From: the human T2T-CHM13v2.0 reference genome, Homo sapiens
NCBI RefSeq assembly: GCF_009914755.1
Contig: NC_060933.1
Strand: one strand, 5' to 3'
Length of the DNA: 64,000 bases
The position numbers were made by a program, and so were the translations under genes. Below the pieces are notes generated by a model. That model saw nothing but the letters and a program-made list of their open reading frames with translations. It did not search any database and was not told the origin of the DNA. Of this stretch, positions 1 to 13,335 are shown in pieces. The stretch's first letter is position 1, and each line of letters opens with the position of its first letter.

Positions 1-435
<435 letters not shown>

Positions 436-489
436 TGATGGAAAGTTAGAGTCAGAAAAGATATTAAAAAACACATAGTCTAATCATTA

Positions 490-615
490 TGTTTTACAGA
501 TGGGAATGATAAATCTCAAGAGATTGCATTATATGTTTATGGTCACAGAGTTAGGAGAAGAGTCAGGGTGAGAACCTAGGAATCTTGACTTCGAGTCCAA
601 GGCTCTTGCTGCTTT
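490..615 (-). mobile_element. MIR SINE relic
   Basis: ttttacagatggga...ggtcacagagttag...gaacctagg...tgact...tccaaggctctt resembles the MIR core in reverse. Confidence 0.6.
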
Positions 616-2799
616 CTCTGCAAATCCTTCATCTGTCATTAAAAGATCAAATTGTTGCCTGAACTTTTTGAAGCAGCCATGATAAAGCCACTGATTCCTA
701 TGTTGATCTCACTGGAAACACTCAGATTGCTTCTCCACCTTTGGGCATGTCTGGGCTTCCCTCTGTTTTCATTAGAAGCCTAACTGCAGCATCTCCATCT
801 CCATTTCCTCCTGTCCTGTACCTTACTTTCTCTCCCTCTAAATGCTATTCAAATGAAGAAGGCCAGCTCTTTTCCAGGAATTAAACATTATGACCGTAAT
901 TTGCCTTTAGAGTATCTGCCCATTTAGTGAATCAGAGAAAGGAGGTTAGACATAGATCATTTAGAATCAGAAAATCATTGGTCATGAGTTGTTGCTAGAG
1001 TCTGTTCCCGTTCATAAAATGCTTATGTGTATGATGTGACGTCATTTTGAGCTTGGGCATTTTCAAAGTATGTGCAGATTTAGGCTGTGGGAAGTGTAGA
1101 CTTCCCACACTGAAACTTTTGCAGAACAGTATAGATCAAAAGAATTAAAATATGTCTTTATAAGCATAGAATTTTCTAAAAAATCTTGGACAGCAAATGA
1201 TATAATCTACTTACAGAAAAAGGTTCCAAATAACATTCTGAGTATTTCAGAAGTGGTACCAATAGAGACGGGACTAGATATTTTAAAGACTTTAATATAC
1301 AGTCATGTCATAAAAACTTGTAAAATATAAGTAATTTAGCAGAGGGCTTTTATTTATTTAAAATGAAAAATGTAGGAACACCTCAAAGCATTTACTAAGT
1401 TTGCTTTCAAAATGGTCTCATAATTGTAATAGTACATAGAGGTAACATTATCATGCAGCTTTGGTCCATTATTTATATTGGTTATGTTTTTGTATAAATA
1501 AACCATATTAAAGGATGGGTAGTTGATTATCAATAAAATAACTATTCTTTGTAAGAACCTCTTTAACATATATTTTAGGGACCCTCTGAGTCCTAGGGGC
1601 CAATGAAGGTAATAATGGAGATTCATGAGTAACTTTACAAATTTGATAAAACCAAATTTAAATTTGCCTTGCATAAGTTTGCACAGGATAAGCCAAATTT
1701 TCTTTACATTAGTCTAAAATTATAGCATGCTGATTTTGTATTATGTCATGCTGAGATTTGGATCCTGTTGGTCATACTTATATAATGTTTTAATAAAAAT
1801 GACAAAAATCTAATAGCAATTGTTTTCTAAATATAGTCTGGTAGTTATTATAATTATTCACACCACGAAGTCCACAGGAGAAAATAGGAAATGTTTAGTG
1901 GTGACAGTTTGAGCCGGGTATTTGGGAAAGGAGATAGTCACCAGAGTTACCTAAAATCGGTATTTCCCTATTAGAAAATTAGTACATGTTTTGGATTCTT
2001 TTTATTGACTTCCTTTAGCCAAATAATATCATCATAAGGTTGCCAAACATCCAGGAAATAAAAAGCACATGTTTCCTACTTTTCATGTTTCTATTCCTTC
2101 TTCTTTCTCTCTCCCCCCTCTCCCCACCCCTGCATTATTCTCTTGTCTCTGAAATTATAGCCCATTCTTTCACTTTTGAAACTTTTCTACGTTGGCTTCC
2201 ATAACATTATGTCATGTGTTCTCCATTTGTTTCTCTGAGTTCCTTCTGTTTCCTTTAATAAAACTCATTGTATGTGTTTATGTTTTCGGCCTTAAAAGTT
2301 TACATTTGCCAAAATTCAATATTTAGGCCTAGGCCCATCTCAGGGAATTCATCCATTCTAACTGATTAAACTAGCCCATATGCTGATGATTGTCAGATTA
2401 GAATTTTCAGTTTGAACCTCCTCCTCAAGCAGATTATTTTCCATTTCTTTTGGAAATCTTGTTGTGAAGTGCATCACCATATCAGAATCAGTTACCACAT
2501 AGAACAATATGTGTTCTCTGTGTAGAGACTGATGTAAATTGCCACCTTCACTATACCAGGAAACAGACTGTTACTACTGGCACATACACACACTCAGTCA
2601 CATGCCTCTCTTGAGAATGTGAATTGAATATTTTCCCTGTCATTTTATTGAGATCAAATTCTAAACGTGCATAAAATAGTCATTTTTAGTCTTAAAAAAG
2701 ATCAAAGAAGCCTAGCTCAGAATCTTCCAAAATTCTGGCAAAAAGCAATAATAACTTTAAACACCATTAACCTAGTTTCTCCCTTGTGCCTCCTTGTAG

Positions 2800-3009
<210 letters not shown>

Positions 3010-3104
3010 TAAGAGTGTTGTTCAATTCCCAGTCTCAAGTTTGCCAGAAATGCCTTTGAAATCTCTGTTGTCTTCATTTTAGTTTCTATCTCTTTGCTTT
3101 CTAG

Positions 3105-3296
<192 letters not shown>

Positions 3297-3622
3297 TAGT
3301 AGATTAAAAAAAGAGAGTCAATATCTCTTCCATAAGATTGGCTTTTAAAAAATTGCTTATTAGTAAAAATAGCTAAGATTTGTTGAATGTTGACTGTGTG
3401 CTGGCTCTGAATTTCATGTATATTATCTCACACTGTTTGCAAATCTATCCCTTGAGGTAAATACTATTTGTATGTCCCCTTTACAGTTGCATATAAAGGA
3501 AGGATAGTTGAAAATGGTGCAAAGAGATGTTTACTATCTGTATTATAATAAAGCACTCGATTTAGATACAGGCCAAAGCAAATATTTAAATGGAACTCTA
3601 TTTAGTGTTACTTGTTTGCTGT

Positions 3623-3660
3623 AAAACAAAACAAAACAAAACAAACAAACAAACAAAAAC
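3623..3660. repeat. (AAAAC)n/(AAAC)n microsatellite
   Basis: Read directly; lies just 5' of the L1. Confidence 0.9.
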
Positions 3661-3668
3661 AGAGTCTT

Positions 3669-6600
3669 GGGGGTGGCCAAGACAGCCAACTAGAGGCAGC
3701 TAGTGTGCATGGCTCTCATGGAGAGAAATAGAGGGGTTGAGTAAATATAGCACCTTCAACCGAAACATCCAGGTACATGCATTGGATCTAATCAAGGAAA
3801 CAACTTGACCCATGGAGAGCAGAGAAAAGCAAGGCAGGGTGACAGCCCACCTGGTAGTGACATGAAGCCAAGGGATCCTTCTATGCCCAGGGAAGTGGTG
3901 AGTGAATGCACGACCTTGGGAACCCATACTTCTCCCGTGGATCTTTGGAACCCTTGTGTCAGGAGATATCCTCATGAACCCACTCCACCTGGGCCTTCAG
4001 TCCGACACACAGAGCTATGTGGAGTCTCAGCAGAGCAGCCACTTAAGCACATGCAGAGACCCGGGAGCCTTAGATACCTGGGCTTTTCTTTTTGGGCTTC
4101 CTGTCAAAAGTAGCTATACCTCTGGCAAAGCAGGAGGTTAGACCCCCAACCACACCCCTTAGAAAAGGGGCTGAATCCAGTGACAGTCTGCAGGCCCCAC
4201 TTCACAGCACCTCACAGAATGAAACCCACTGGCTTGGAACTCCAGCCAGTTACCGGTAGAAATGTTGCACCTCCCTGAGACAGAGCTCCTGGGGGAAAGT
4301 GTGGGCCATCATCTTTGCTGTTTGGTTGACTTGGCCATTCCATCATTCAGGCTTCAGAGAGTCCAAGCCAACCAGCGGCTGAAGCAGACCCTGAGCACAG
4401 CATAGCTGTTCTATGAAAATGTGGCTAGACTACTTTTTCAAATGGGTCTCCTATCCCTTTCCTCCTCACTGGGTAGGACCTCCTAACTGGGGTCTCCAAC
4501 CACCTCCTACAGGTGCGTTTGGGCCAGCAACGGGTCTGTACATTTCTGGGATGGAGCTTCCAGAGGTGGGGGCAGGCTGCCATCTTTGCTGTTTCACAGC
4601 CTTCACTGTTGCTACCTCCAGATAATAAAACATCTGAGGTGACCAGGGACGGATGTGGGGTCCCAATATACTGCAGCAGCCCTATGAAAAAGTGACCAGA
4701 CTTTTACATGGGTGCCCATCCCCATATCGGCTCACCAGACACATCCTCCAGGCCTAGGCCTCCAGCTACCCTCTGCTAGAATTATCGATCAAGTAGCAGC
4801 TCTGTAACTCCCTGGACAGGATCCCCAGGGGCAACTGAAAGTTCCTCTGCCACTACCTCTGCAGTAGAACTGCCCTTGCTACCCTTGGACTAACAAAGGA
4901 ACAAAGACCCTAAGCGCCTCATCCATACCTCCAATAAGCTGCAGTTGACTCCAGGAGAGAAGGCCAGTCTGTCTCTCACAGGTCCTACCTACCCCCACCC
5001 CCCTCCTTGTCACCAGACAGGGAACCCCCAGCTCGGACCCACAACATAGACCATCCATCCTGGGCTAATTGCAAGGAGTAATTGCTGACCTGCATCTCAA
5101 TGGGGTGGAGCCCCCAGGAGATAAGCAAAAGACCCTTGGCCATAACCATGCCAAGGTATCTTCCTCTGCTGCTGCCAAGTTGGAGAAGAAACATAACGCT
5201 GAGATTGCCCCAGAGCTGAAGGGGCAGCCCAGGAGTGCCAAGCCGTAATCTACAGCCAGCTCTCAAGGGGGAAAGAAATCTACACTTTCAGAGCATTGAG
5301 AGGGAACATGGCTGCAACTGTGCGGCAACACAGGGGAGCCTCACAACCAAGCAAGAGTCTACCAACTGACCAATATGCCGAAGTGCCACCTACTGGATCA
5401 CATTCCCCAAAGCATCAACACCAAAAATATCTCACTAACATACCCCCCTCTGAAACCAAAGACAAGTACTCAGCTTCAAATAAAGACCCTGTGCAAAGCC
5501 TTGGCCCAATGAAAACTTCCAGGAAAGATGCCTATTGACTGTATTCAATCTACATTGCAGTTAAAGGAACACCTACACACTGAGATGAGAAAGAACCAAT
5601 GCAAGAACTCTGGTAACTCAAATGACCAGAGTATTGTATGTCCTCCAAACAACCACACCAGTTCTCCAACAAGAGTTCTTAACGAGGCTGAGCTAGCTGA
5701 AATGACTGAAATAGAATTCAGACTGTGGAGAGGAATGAAGATCATTGAGATTCAGAAGAATGGCAAAACCCAATCCAAGGAAAATAAGAATCACAATAAC
5801 ACGACACTGGAGCTGAAGGACAAAGTAGCTGTTATAAAAAAGAAGCTAATAGGTCTCATAAGGCTGAATAACACAATACAGGAATTTCACAATGCAATCA
5901 CAAGCATTAACAGTAGAATAAACCAAGCTGAGGAAAGAATCTTAGAACTTGAAGACTGGCTCTCTGAAATAAGACAGTCAGATAAAAATAAAGGAAAAAG
6001 AATAAAACGGGAAGAACAAAACCTCCAAGAAGTATGGGATTATGTAAATGCCAAAGCTATGAATCACTGGCATCCCTGAAAGGGATGGGGAAAAAGCAAA
6101 CAACTTGGAAAACATATTTTAGGATATTATCCATGAAAACTTCCCCAACCTTACTAGAGAGGCAAATTTGCTGCCAGTCTTTGCTAACAGTCAAATTTAG
6201 GAAATACAGAGAATTCCTGCAAGATTCTACACAGGAAGATCATCCCCAAAACACACAATTGTCAGGTTTTCTCAGGTCAAAATGAAAAAATGTTAAAGAC
6301 AGCCAGAGAGAAAGGGCAGGTCACCTACAGAGAGAACACCATTAGGCTAACAGCAGATGTCTCAGCTGAAACCCTACAAGCCAGAAGCAGTCAGGGTCCT
6401 ATATTCAACATTCTTAAAGAAAAAAAATCTTCAACCAAGAATTTCATATCAGGCCAAACTAAGCTTCCTAAGCAAAGGAGAAATAAGATAATTTTTGGGC
6501 AAGCAAATGTTGAGGGAGTTTGTTACCACCAGACCTGCTTTACAAGACATCTTGAAAGGAGCACTAAATGGAGTAAGGAAAGACTATTTGCAGCTAATAC

Positions 6601-9600
6601 AAAAGCATACTTAAATACACAGACCAGTGACACTGTAAAGCAACCATACAAACAAGCCAGCATAATAATCAGTGAACAACACAATGACAGGATTAAATCC
6701 ATACATATTAATACTAATCTTGAATGTAAATGGGCTAAATGCTCCATTTAAAAGGCACAGAGTAGCAAGCTGTATTAAAAAAAAAGCAAGACCCAATGGT
6801 ATGCTGTCTTCAAGAGACCCATCTCATGCTTAATAACACCCACACGCTAAAAATAAAGGGATGGAAGAAAATCTACCAACCAAGAGAAAACAGAAAAAAA
6901 CATGGGTTATTGAAATTAAAATTCCCAATTTCAAAAAAAAAATGCAAAAAACAAAACACACACATGCACACACAAATACACTTCAAACCAACAAAGATAA
7001 AAAAAAGGCAAAGAAGGGCATTACATAATGGTAAAGGGTTCAATGCAACAAGAAGACCTAACTATCCTAAATATATATGCACTCAATACAAGAGTACCCA
7101 GATTCATAAAGCAAGTTCTTAGAGACCTACAAAGAGACATAGGCTACCACCACCCAATAATAGCCCAGGCCCTGATGAATTCACAGCTGAATTCTACCAG
7201 ATGTACAAAGAAGAACTGGTAACATTCCTACTGAAGCTATTTCACGAAATTGAGGAGGAGGAGGAACTTCTTCCCAGCTCATCCTATGAGGCCAGTATCA
7301 TTCTGCTACCAAAACCTGGCAGAGACACAACAAAAAAAGAAATCTTCAGGCCAATATCATGAGGCCCATCAATTCAAAAATCTTCAACAAAATACTTGCA
7401 AACCGAATTCAGCAGCACATCAAATGGCTAATCCACCACAATCAAGTAGGCGTCATCCTTGGGATGGAAGGTTAGTTCAACATATGCAAAACAATAAATG
7501 TGATTCATCATGTAAAAAGAAATAAAGAGAAAAACCACATGATTATCTCCATAGATGCAGAAAAAGCTTTCAATAAAATTCAACACCCGTTCATGTTAAA
7601 AACTCTCAATAAACTAGGTATTGAAGGAACATACCTCAAAATAATAAGAGCCTTCTATGACAAACCCACAGCCAAAATCATAATGAACGGACAAAAGCTG
7701 AAAGCATTCCCCTTGAAAACCAGCACGAGACAAGGATGCCCTCTCTCACCACTCCTATTCAACATAGTATTTGAAGTTCTGGCCAGGGCAATCAGGCAAG
7801 AGAAAGAAATGAAGGGTATCAAAATAGGAAAAGAGGGAGTCAAATTATCTTTGTTTGCAGATGACATGATCCTATATCTAGAAAACCCCATTACCCCGGC
7901 CCAAAAGCTTCTTAAGCGGATAAGCAACTTCAGCAGTCTCAGGATATATCAATGTGCAAAATTGCTCGCATTCTTATACACCAACAACAGGCAAGCAGAG
8001 AGCCAAATCATGAATGAACTCACATCTACAATTGCTACAAAGATAATAAAATACTTAAGAATGCAGCTAACAAGGGAAGTGAAGGACCTCTTCATGGAGA
8101 ACTACAAACTACTGCTCAAGGAAATCAGAGAGGACACACACAAATGGGAAAACATTCAATGCTCATACATGGGAAGAATCAATTTTGTTAAAATGGCCAT
8201 ACTGCCCAAAGTAATTTATAGATTCAATGCTATTCCCATTAAACCACAACTGAAATTCTTCACAGAATTAGAAAAAAACTATTTTAAAATTCCTATGGAA
8301 CCAAAAAAGAGCTCGTATAGCCAAGACAATCCAAAGAAAAAAGAATAAAGCTGGAGGAATCACACTACCTGACTTCAAACTATACTACAGGGCCACAGTA
8401 CTCAAAACAGCATGGTACTGGTGCAAGAACAGACACATAGACCAATGGAACAGAATAGATAACTTAGAAATAAAACCACACAACTACAACCATCTGATCT
8501 TTGACAAACCTGACAAAAACAAGCAATGGGGAAAATATTTCCTATTTAATAAATGTTACTGGGAGAACTGGTAGCCATATGCAGAAAATTGAAACTGGAC
8601 CTCTTCTTTACACCATGTATAAAAATTAACTCAAGATGGATTAAAGGCTTAAATGTAAAACCCAAAACTATGAAAACTCTAGGAGAAAATCTAGGCAATA
8701 TCATTCAGGACATAGGCACAAGCAAAGATTTCATGACAAAAATGCCAGAAGCGATTGCAGTGAAAGCAAAAATTAACAAATGGGATCTAACTAAACTAAA
8801 GAGCTCCAGCACAGCAAAAGAAACTATCATCAGAGTGAACAGACAACCTACAGAATGGGAGAACATTTTTGCAATCTATCCATCTGACAAAGGTCTAATA
8901 TGCAGAGTCTACAAGGAAATTAAACAAATTTACAAGAAAAAAACTGGATCCCATTAAAAAGTGGGCAAAGGACATGAACAGACACTTCTCAAAAGAAGAC
9001 ATACATGCGGCAAACAAGCATGTGAAATAAAACTTCATATCACTGATCATTAGAGAAATGCAAATCAAAACCACAATGGGATACCAGCTCTCACCAGTCA
9101 GAGTGATTAGTAGTAAAAAGTGAAAAAATAATATGCTGGCAAGGTCGCAGAGAAAAAGGAACATTTATACACTGTTAGTGGGAATGTAAAATAGTTCAAC
9201 CATTGTGGAAAGCAGTATGGCGATTCCTCAAAGAGCTAAAAGCAGAACTATCATTCAACCCAGTCATCCCATTACTGGGTATATACCCAGAGGTATATAA
9301 ATCATAAAGACACAGGCATGTGAATGTTCATTGCAGCACTATTCACAATAGCAAATACACGGAATCAACCTAAATGTCCATCAATGACAGATTGGATAGG
9401 GAAAATGTGATATACCATGGAATATTATGCAGCCATAAAAAAGAATGAGATCATGTCTGTTGCAGAAAAATGGATCTATTATCCTTAGCAAACTCATGTA
9501 GGAACACCAAATACTGCATGTTCTTACTTATATGGGAGCTAAATTATGATAACTCATGAACGCAAAGAAGGAAACAACAGACACTGGGGTCTACTTGAGG

Positions 9601-9755
9601 GTGGAGGGTGAGAGGAGGGAGAAGAGCAGAAAAGATAACTATTGGGTACTGGGTTTAATACCTGGGTGATAAAATAATCTGTACAACAAACTCCCATGAC
9701 ACAAATTTACCTATGTAACAAAGCTTCACATGTACTACTAAACCTAAAATAAAAG
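3669..9755 (+). mobile_element. 5'-intact but decayed LINE-1 (L1PA15/16-like) with an internal ORF2 deletion
   Basis: Long 5' UTR starting gggggtggccaaga, ORF1 remnants (5528-6079), RT fragment with [14 protein letters not shown] and LFADDMI (7500-8348), 3' UTR gagcagaaaagataactattgggtactgg...cctaaaataaaag. Confidence 0.9.
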
Positions 9756-10638
9756 TTTTTTTTTAATGGATAATTTGGGGAGCACACACTAAGAAATTTT
9801 AATAATGTCAATTTTTGTTAAATAATTTTCCCTTAAAAGAAAAAAAATACTATTTTAAGTTATTTGTTTTCATGATGATTTTGTAAATAACCCCAGCCCA
9901 AGACTAGCCATACCTTACCAGAGAAAAGAAATAATGTTTCATATGGCTTTCTATCCCTTAAGGGAAACCAAGACAAATAAAACCAAACAAAACCCAAGAA
10001 AAATCTACTTCAGATCTCGTATTTTTATACAAATCCAATTTATATTTTGAAAAGCTTTTATGATTTCATTTAGTTAGAATTGATATTCCTAACGTGCAGT
10101 CCATAAATTGATTTTGGGGCTTCAGATTATCATTGAGAACAGCTTTTGTCATAAAGCTTCTGTATGTTAGACAACAGTTGAGTTTAGCACTGAATGTAGT
10201 GTTTGTGAAATTATTTGAACAATTTTTTACTGCATTATTTGGTAAGATAACATAAAAATTGAAGGACTAGCATTAGTCTTATAAAATTCATATAATTTAA
10301 ACAAATATGTAAAAATATATCTTAGGCTTCAATCAGATGCTCATCAAACTTAAGCCAATCAAGATTTCAACTGTGAAAGAAAAAAATAAGATAAATGTGT
10401 AAAATGCTAGACATGTATCATTAATGATTGAGTACAAAAATTATGGTATAATTGAAAATTCTATTTTATTTTATTTGTTAAGCTTTCGGGAACCAGATAA
10501 ATCCCCCCTTTGATGATATATGCTATTAATTTGATTTTCAGACATGCACATTTCATACAACTTACAGGAACATATTACATATGAAATAATAAAATCAAAG
10601 TCATCTGCACTTAATACAGGAGTGCTTGTGATTCAGGA

Positions 10639-11085
10639 TGTGGTAGACAGAATAATGGCCCTCTATAACAGTACACATTCTAATCTCTGGAACGATAAAT
10701 ATGTTACATGGCAAAATGGACTTTGCAGATGAAATTAAGTTAAAGATCTCAGCTTGAAAGAATTATTGTGGATTATGTGAGCAGGCTTAATGAAATCATA
10801 AGGATCTTTATAAGCAGGAGATAAAGGGAAAAAGTCAGAAAATTGAGATGTAACAGCAGAAGCAGAGGTTGGAATGATGTGCTTTAAAGATGGAGGAAGG
10901 AGATTAAGAGCCAAGGAATGCAGGTGGCCTCAGAAACTGAAAAAGAAAGGAAACATATTCTCTTCCCAAGTCTGCACTTTGAATTTAGACTTCTGACTTC
11001 CAGAACTGTAAGAAGATAAATTTGCATTGTTTTAAACCACTACATTTATGGCAATTTGTTACAGCAACAATAGGAAATGAGTACA
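10639..11085 (+). mobile_element. MaLR solo LTR (MLT1C/D-like)
   Basis: Begins tgtggtagacagaataatggccc, has ggactttgcagatg...attaagttaa, ends aatttgttacagcaacaataggaaatgagtaca. Confidence 0.8.
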
Positions 11086-13025
11086 TCATGGTACTTGGGT
11101 CTCCCTGTTCCATGGCTTTTTGAAGTGAAGTCTGGTTGTGGTGCTTAACACGAGTCTGTTTTATCACAACTAAGCCGCTCCCTAAATCTTCAGCATACGA
11201 TTCAAGAAAGGAAAATATAGGAAGTACAGTTTTAGAAACTGAAGGAATTTGAGACGTTCTCTTCTGCACATCCTAGAACACAGGTTGGCCTGAAAGCTAA
11301 GAAACCTGCACTTTAACAAGCAAAAACATCTACTGAATGGGATTAATAGAATTAGCTGTAAAGAGTAGGATCTGGGCTGGCCACTTCTGGAGTGAAGGAA
11401 TGGATTAATTAGATAGGAATGCGAATGCAATCTAGGAGAATATTCATGTTTCAGATGCAGATGGTTCTGCGATAGTCCCACACATACTGACTTAAAAGAG
11501 AAGAAATACCATTTAGTTAATCCTCCACCTTGGAAGCCCGTGGATTATGCTGCTTGTCTTTTTTTTTTTTTAAACCTGTCTGTAGTGATTTTCCTTGCTT
11601 CATCATATTTTCTTACTGCCATTTTAGTTGGATTTCCCCCTTATCTTTCACCTTCCTTTCTCCAAGGAAGCATTAAGCTCTAGTGGGAAAGTCTGCAGAA
11701 GCGGGCCAAGGGAAAAGGGGTTGTGGTTCTGACTGGAATGTTGATTAGGCAGATGGAATCTCTGGGAACAAAAAGAACATATAGGACATAACAAATCTGA
11801 GTGCTGGCAAGGTCTGGCCTTTAAGAGATCAATATCTGTATCCATGCATCTAAAATTTCTATTCTTTAATTGCTTAAAAAATATGCCTCCAAAAATAGTA
11901 AAGGCAGCTGCTCTGTATGTAATGTTAGATATGCACCCTCATTCATTGTTCTATGAGAGCATTACAGATGTTTCCTCTTCTCCTCCATGGATACCCTCTG
12001 CTTTGATTTTCTCCAAGGATGCTATGAGACTCAAAGCACTTATTGTTTTGAATATAGGATAATGTGATTGCTCCTTTACTTCTGCAGATTCCCAAGCAAT
12101 CATTTAGTTTCATCCCCAATGGATTTGATAGGTGGGCAGCAGAGCCATTCCTCTTTGAAGCTATATCCTGAGGTCTTCACTTTGGGGAAGGGGAGAAAGC
12201 AACAGCTGAAGATAAAATGGCTAATGTGCCAAGTATTTCCTCCTCAAATTTTTACGTTTCATTCTGAGATACGTTATATTATTATTTCCGTTTTATAGAT
12301 GAGAAGACTGAGACTTAGGTAATTTGCTCAAGATCTCTGAGAAAGTCAATGACAGGAGCCCCAGTTCAGCCTACATAGTCTGCTTACAGAGTTTGTGTCT
12401 TTGTTCACAGTGCTAAATTGTCCCCCAGTTAGCATCAACACACACTCCCCAAACTCCTGCCTGCAATGTCTATATTTGGTGGCCTTTTATGATGTTCCTT
12501 GCCTATTGTTTTCCCTTCACCTATTAATAAATTATTTCTTTAGCTTTATTGATCAAAGCTGCCCAGGCATTTTAACTAACATCACGTGTGCAAAGTTTTT
12601 AGGTGTGGAGTGTGGGGTTTAGCAGGAGGCCTGTGTGGGGGCTGTGCTCCCCATCCTGACAAGCACACAAGGAACTAGGATGATATCCTTGAGATTGGCT
12701 GGGCTACCATTGTTTGGATTCTCTTTCTTTTAAAATATATTTTTCCTATGGTATATGAATAAACATTTAAAATTTTTAATACAATGTTTGAATCTTCTTC
12801 AGATATTTTATGTGAAAGTTAGGTCACTGCTTGGGAAGGAATAGAATTTCAACCTTTGGGATGAGGATGCTTAAGAGGATGTGGAGGACTTCCAAACCAC
12901 TCTGAAATGTTTTCTTACCTGAGGAAGTCTTCTAGACCTGGCAGTAGAAACCTAAAAATATCCCTCATAGCCTTCCTCTAATTGATGCTAGTTATTAGAA
13001 TCTGAGCTCAACATTGCCTGGAAAG

Positions 13026-13200
13026 GGTGGGCATGGAGGCATGTGTCTGTAGTCCCAGCTACTCAGGTGGCTGAGACAGGAGGATTGCTTGAGTCCAGGA
13101 GTTCCAGGTCAGCCTGGGCAACATAGCAAGACCCCTGTCTCTACATACATACATACATACATACATATATACATACATACATACATACATACATACATAC
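13026..13200 (+). mobile_element. Free left Alu monomer (FLAM-like) with a (TACA)n tail
   Basis: ctgtagtcccagctactc...ttgagtccaggagttc...cagcctgggcaacatagcaagacccctgtctct, then (TACA)n at about 13142-13200. Confidence 0.8.
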
Positions 13201-13335
13201 AAAGAACTGCCTTAGGAAAGGAAAGGAGACAAAGAGTAGGAAGGAGAAAAATTATGTCCAAAAATAACCACAGGAATACTATCATTCATTCATTTTTTAT
13301 TTATGAGTGTACAGAAATTGCTGGGCATTGTGTGA

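Noticed and set aside
5528-8957. ORF1/RT-like ORFs suggesting an active retroelement or novel RT system
   Set aside because: Fragmented, frameshifted L1 remnants with a large deletion; not retrotransposition-competent
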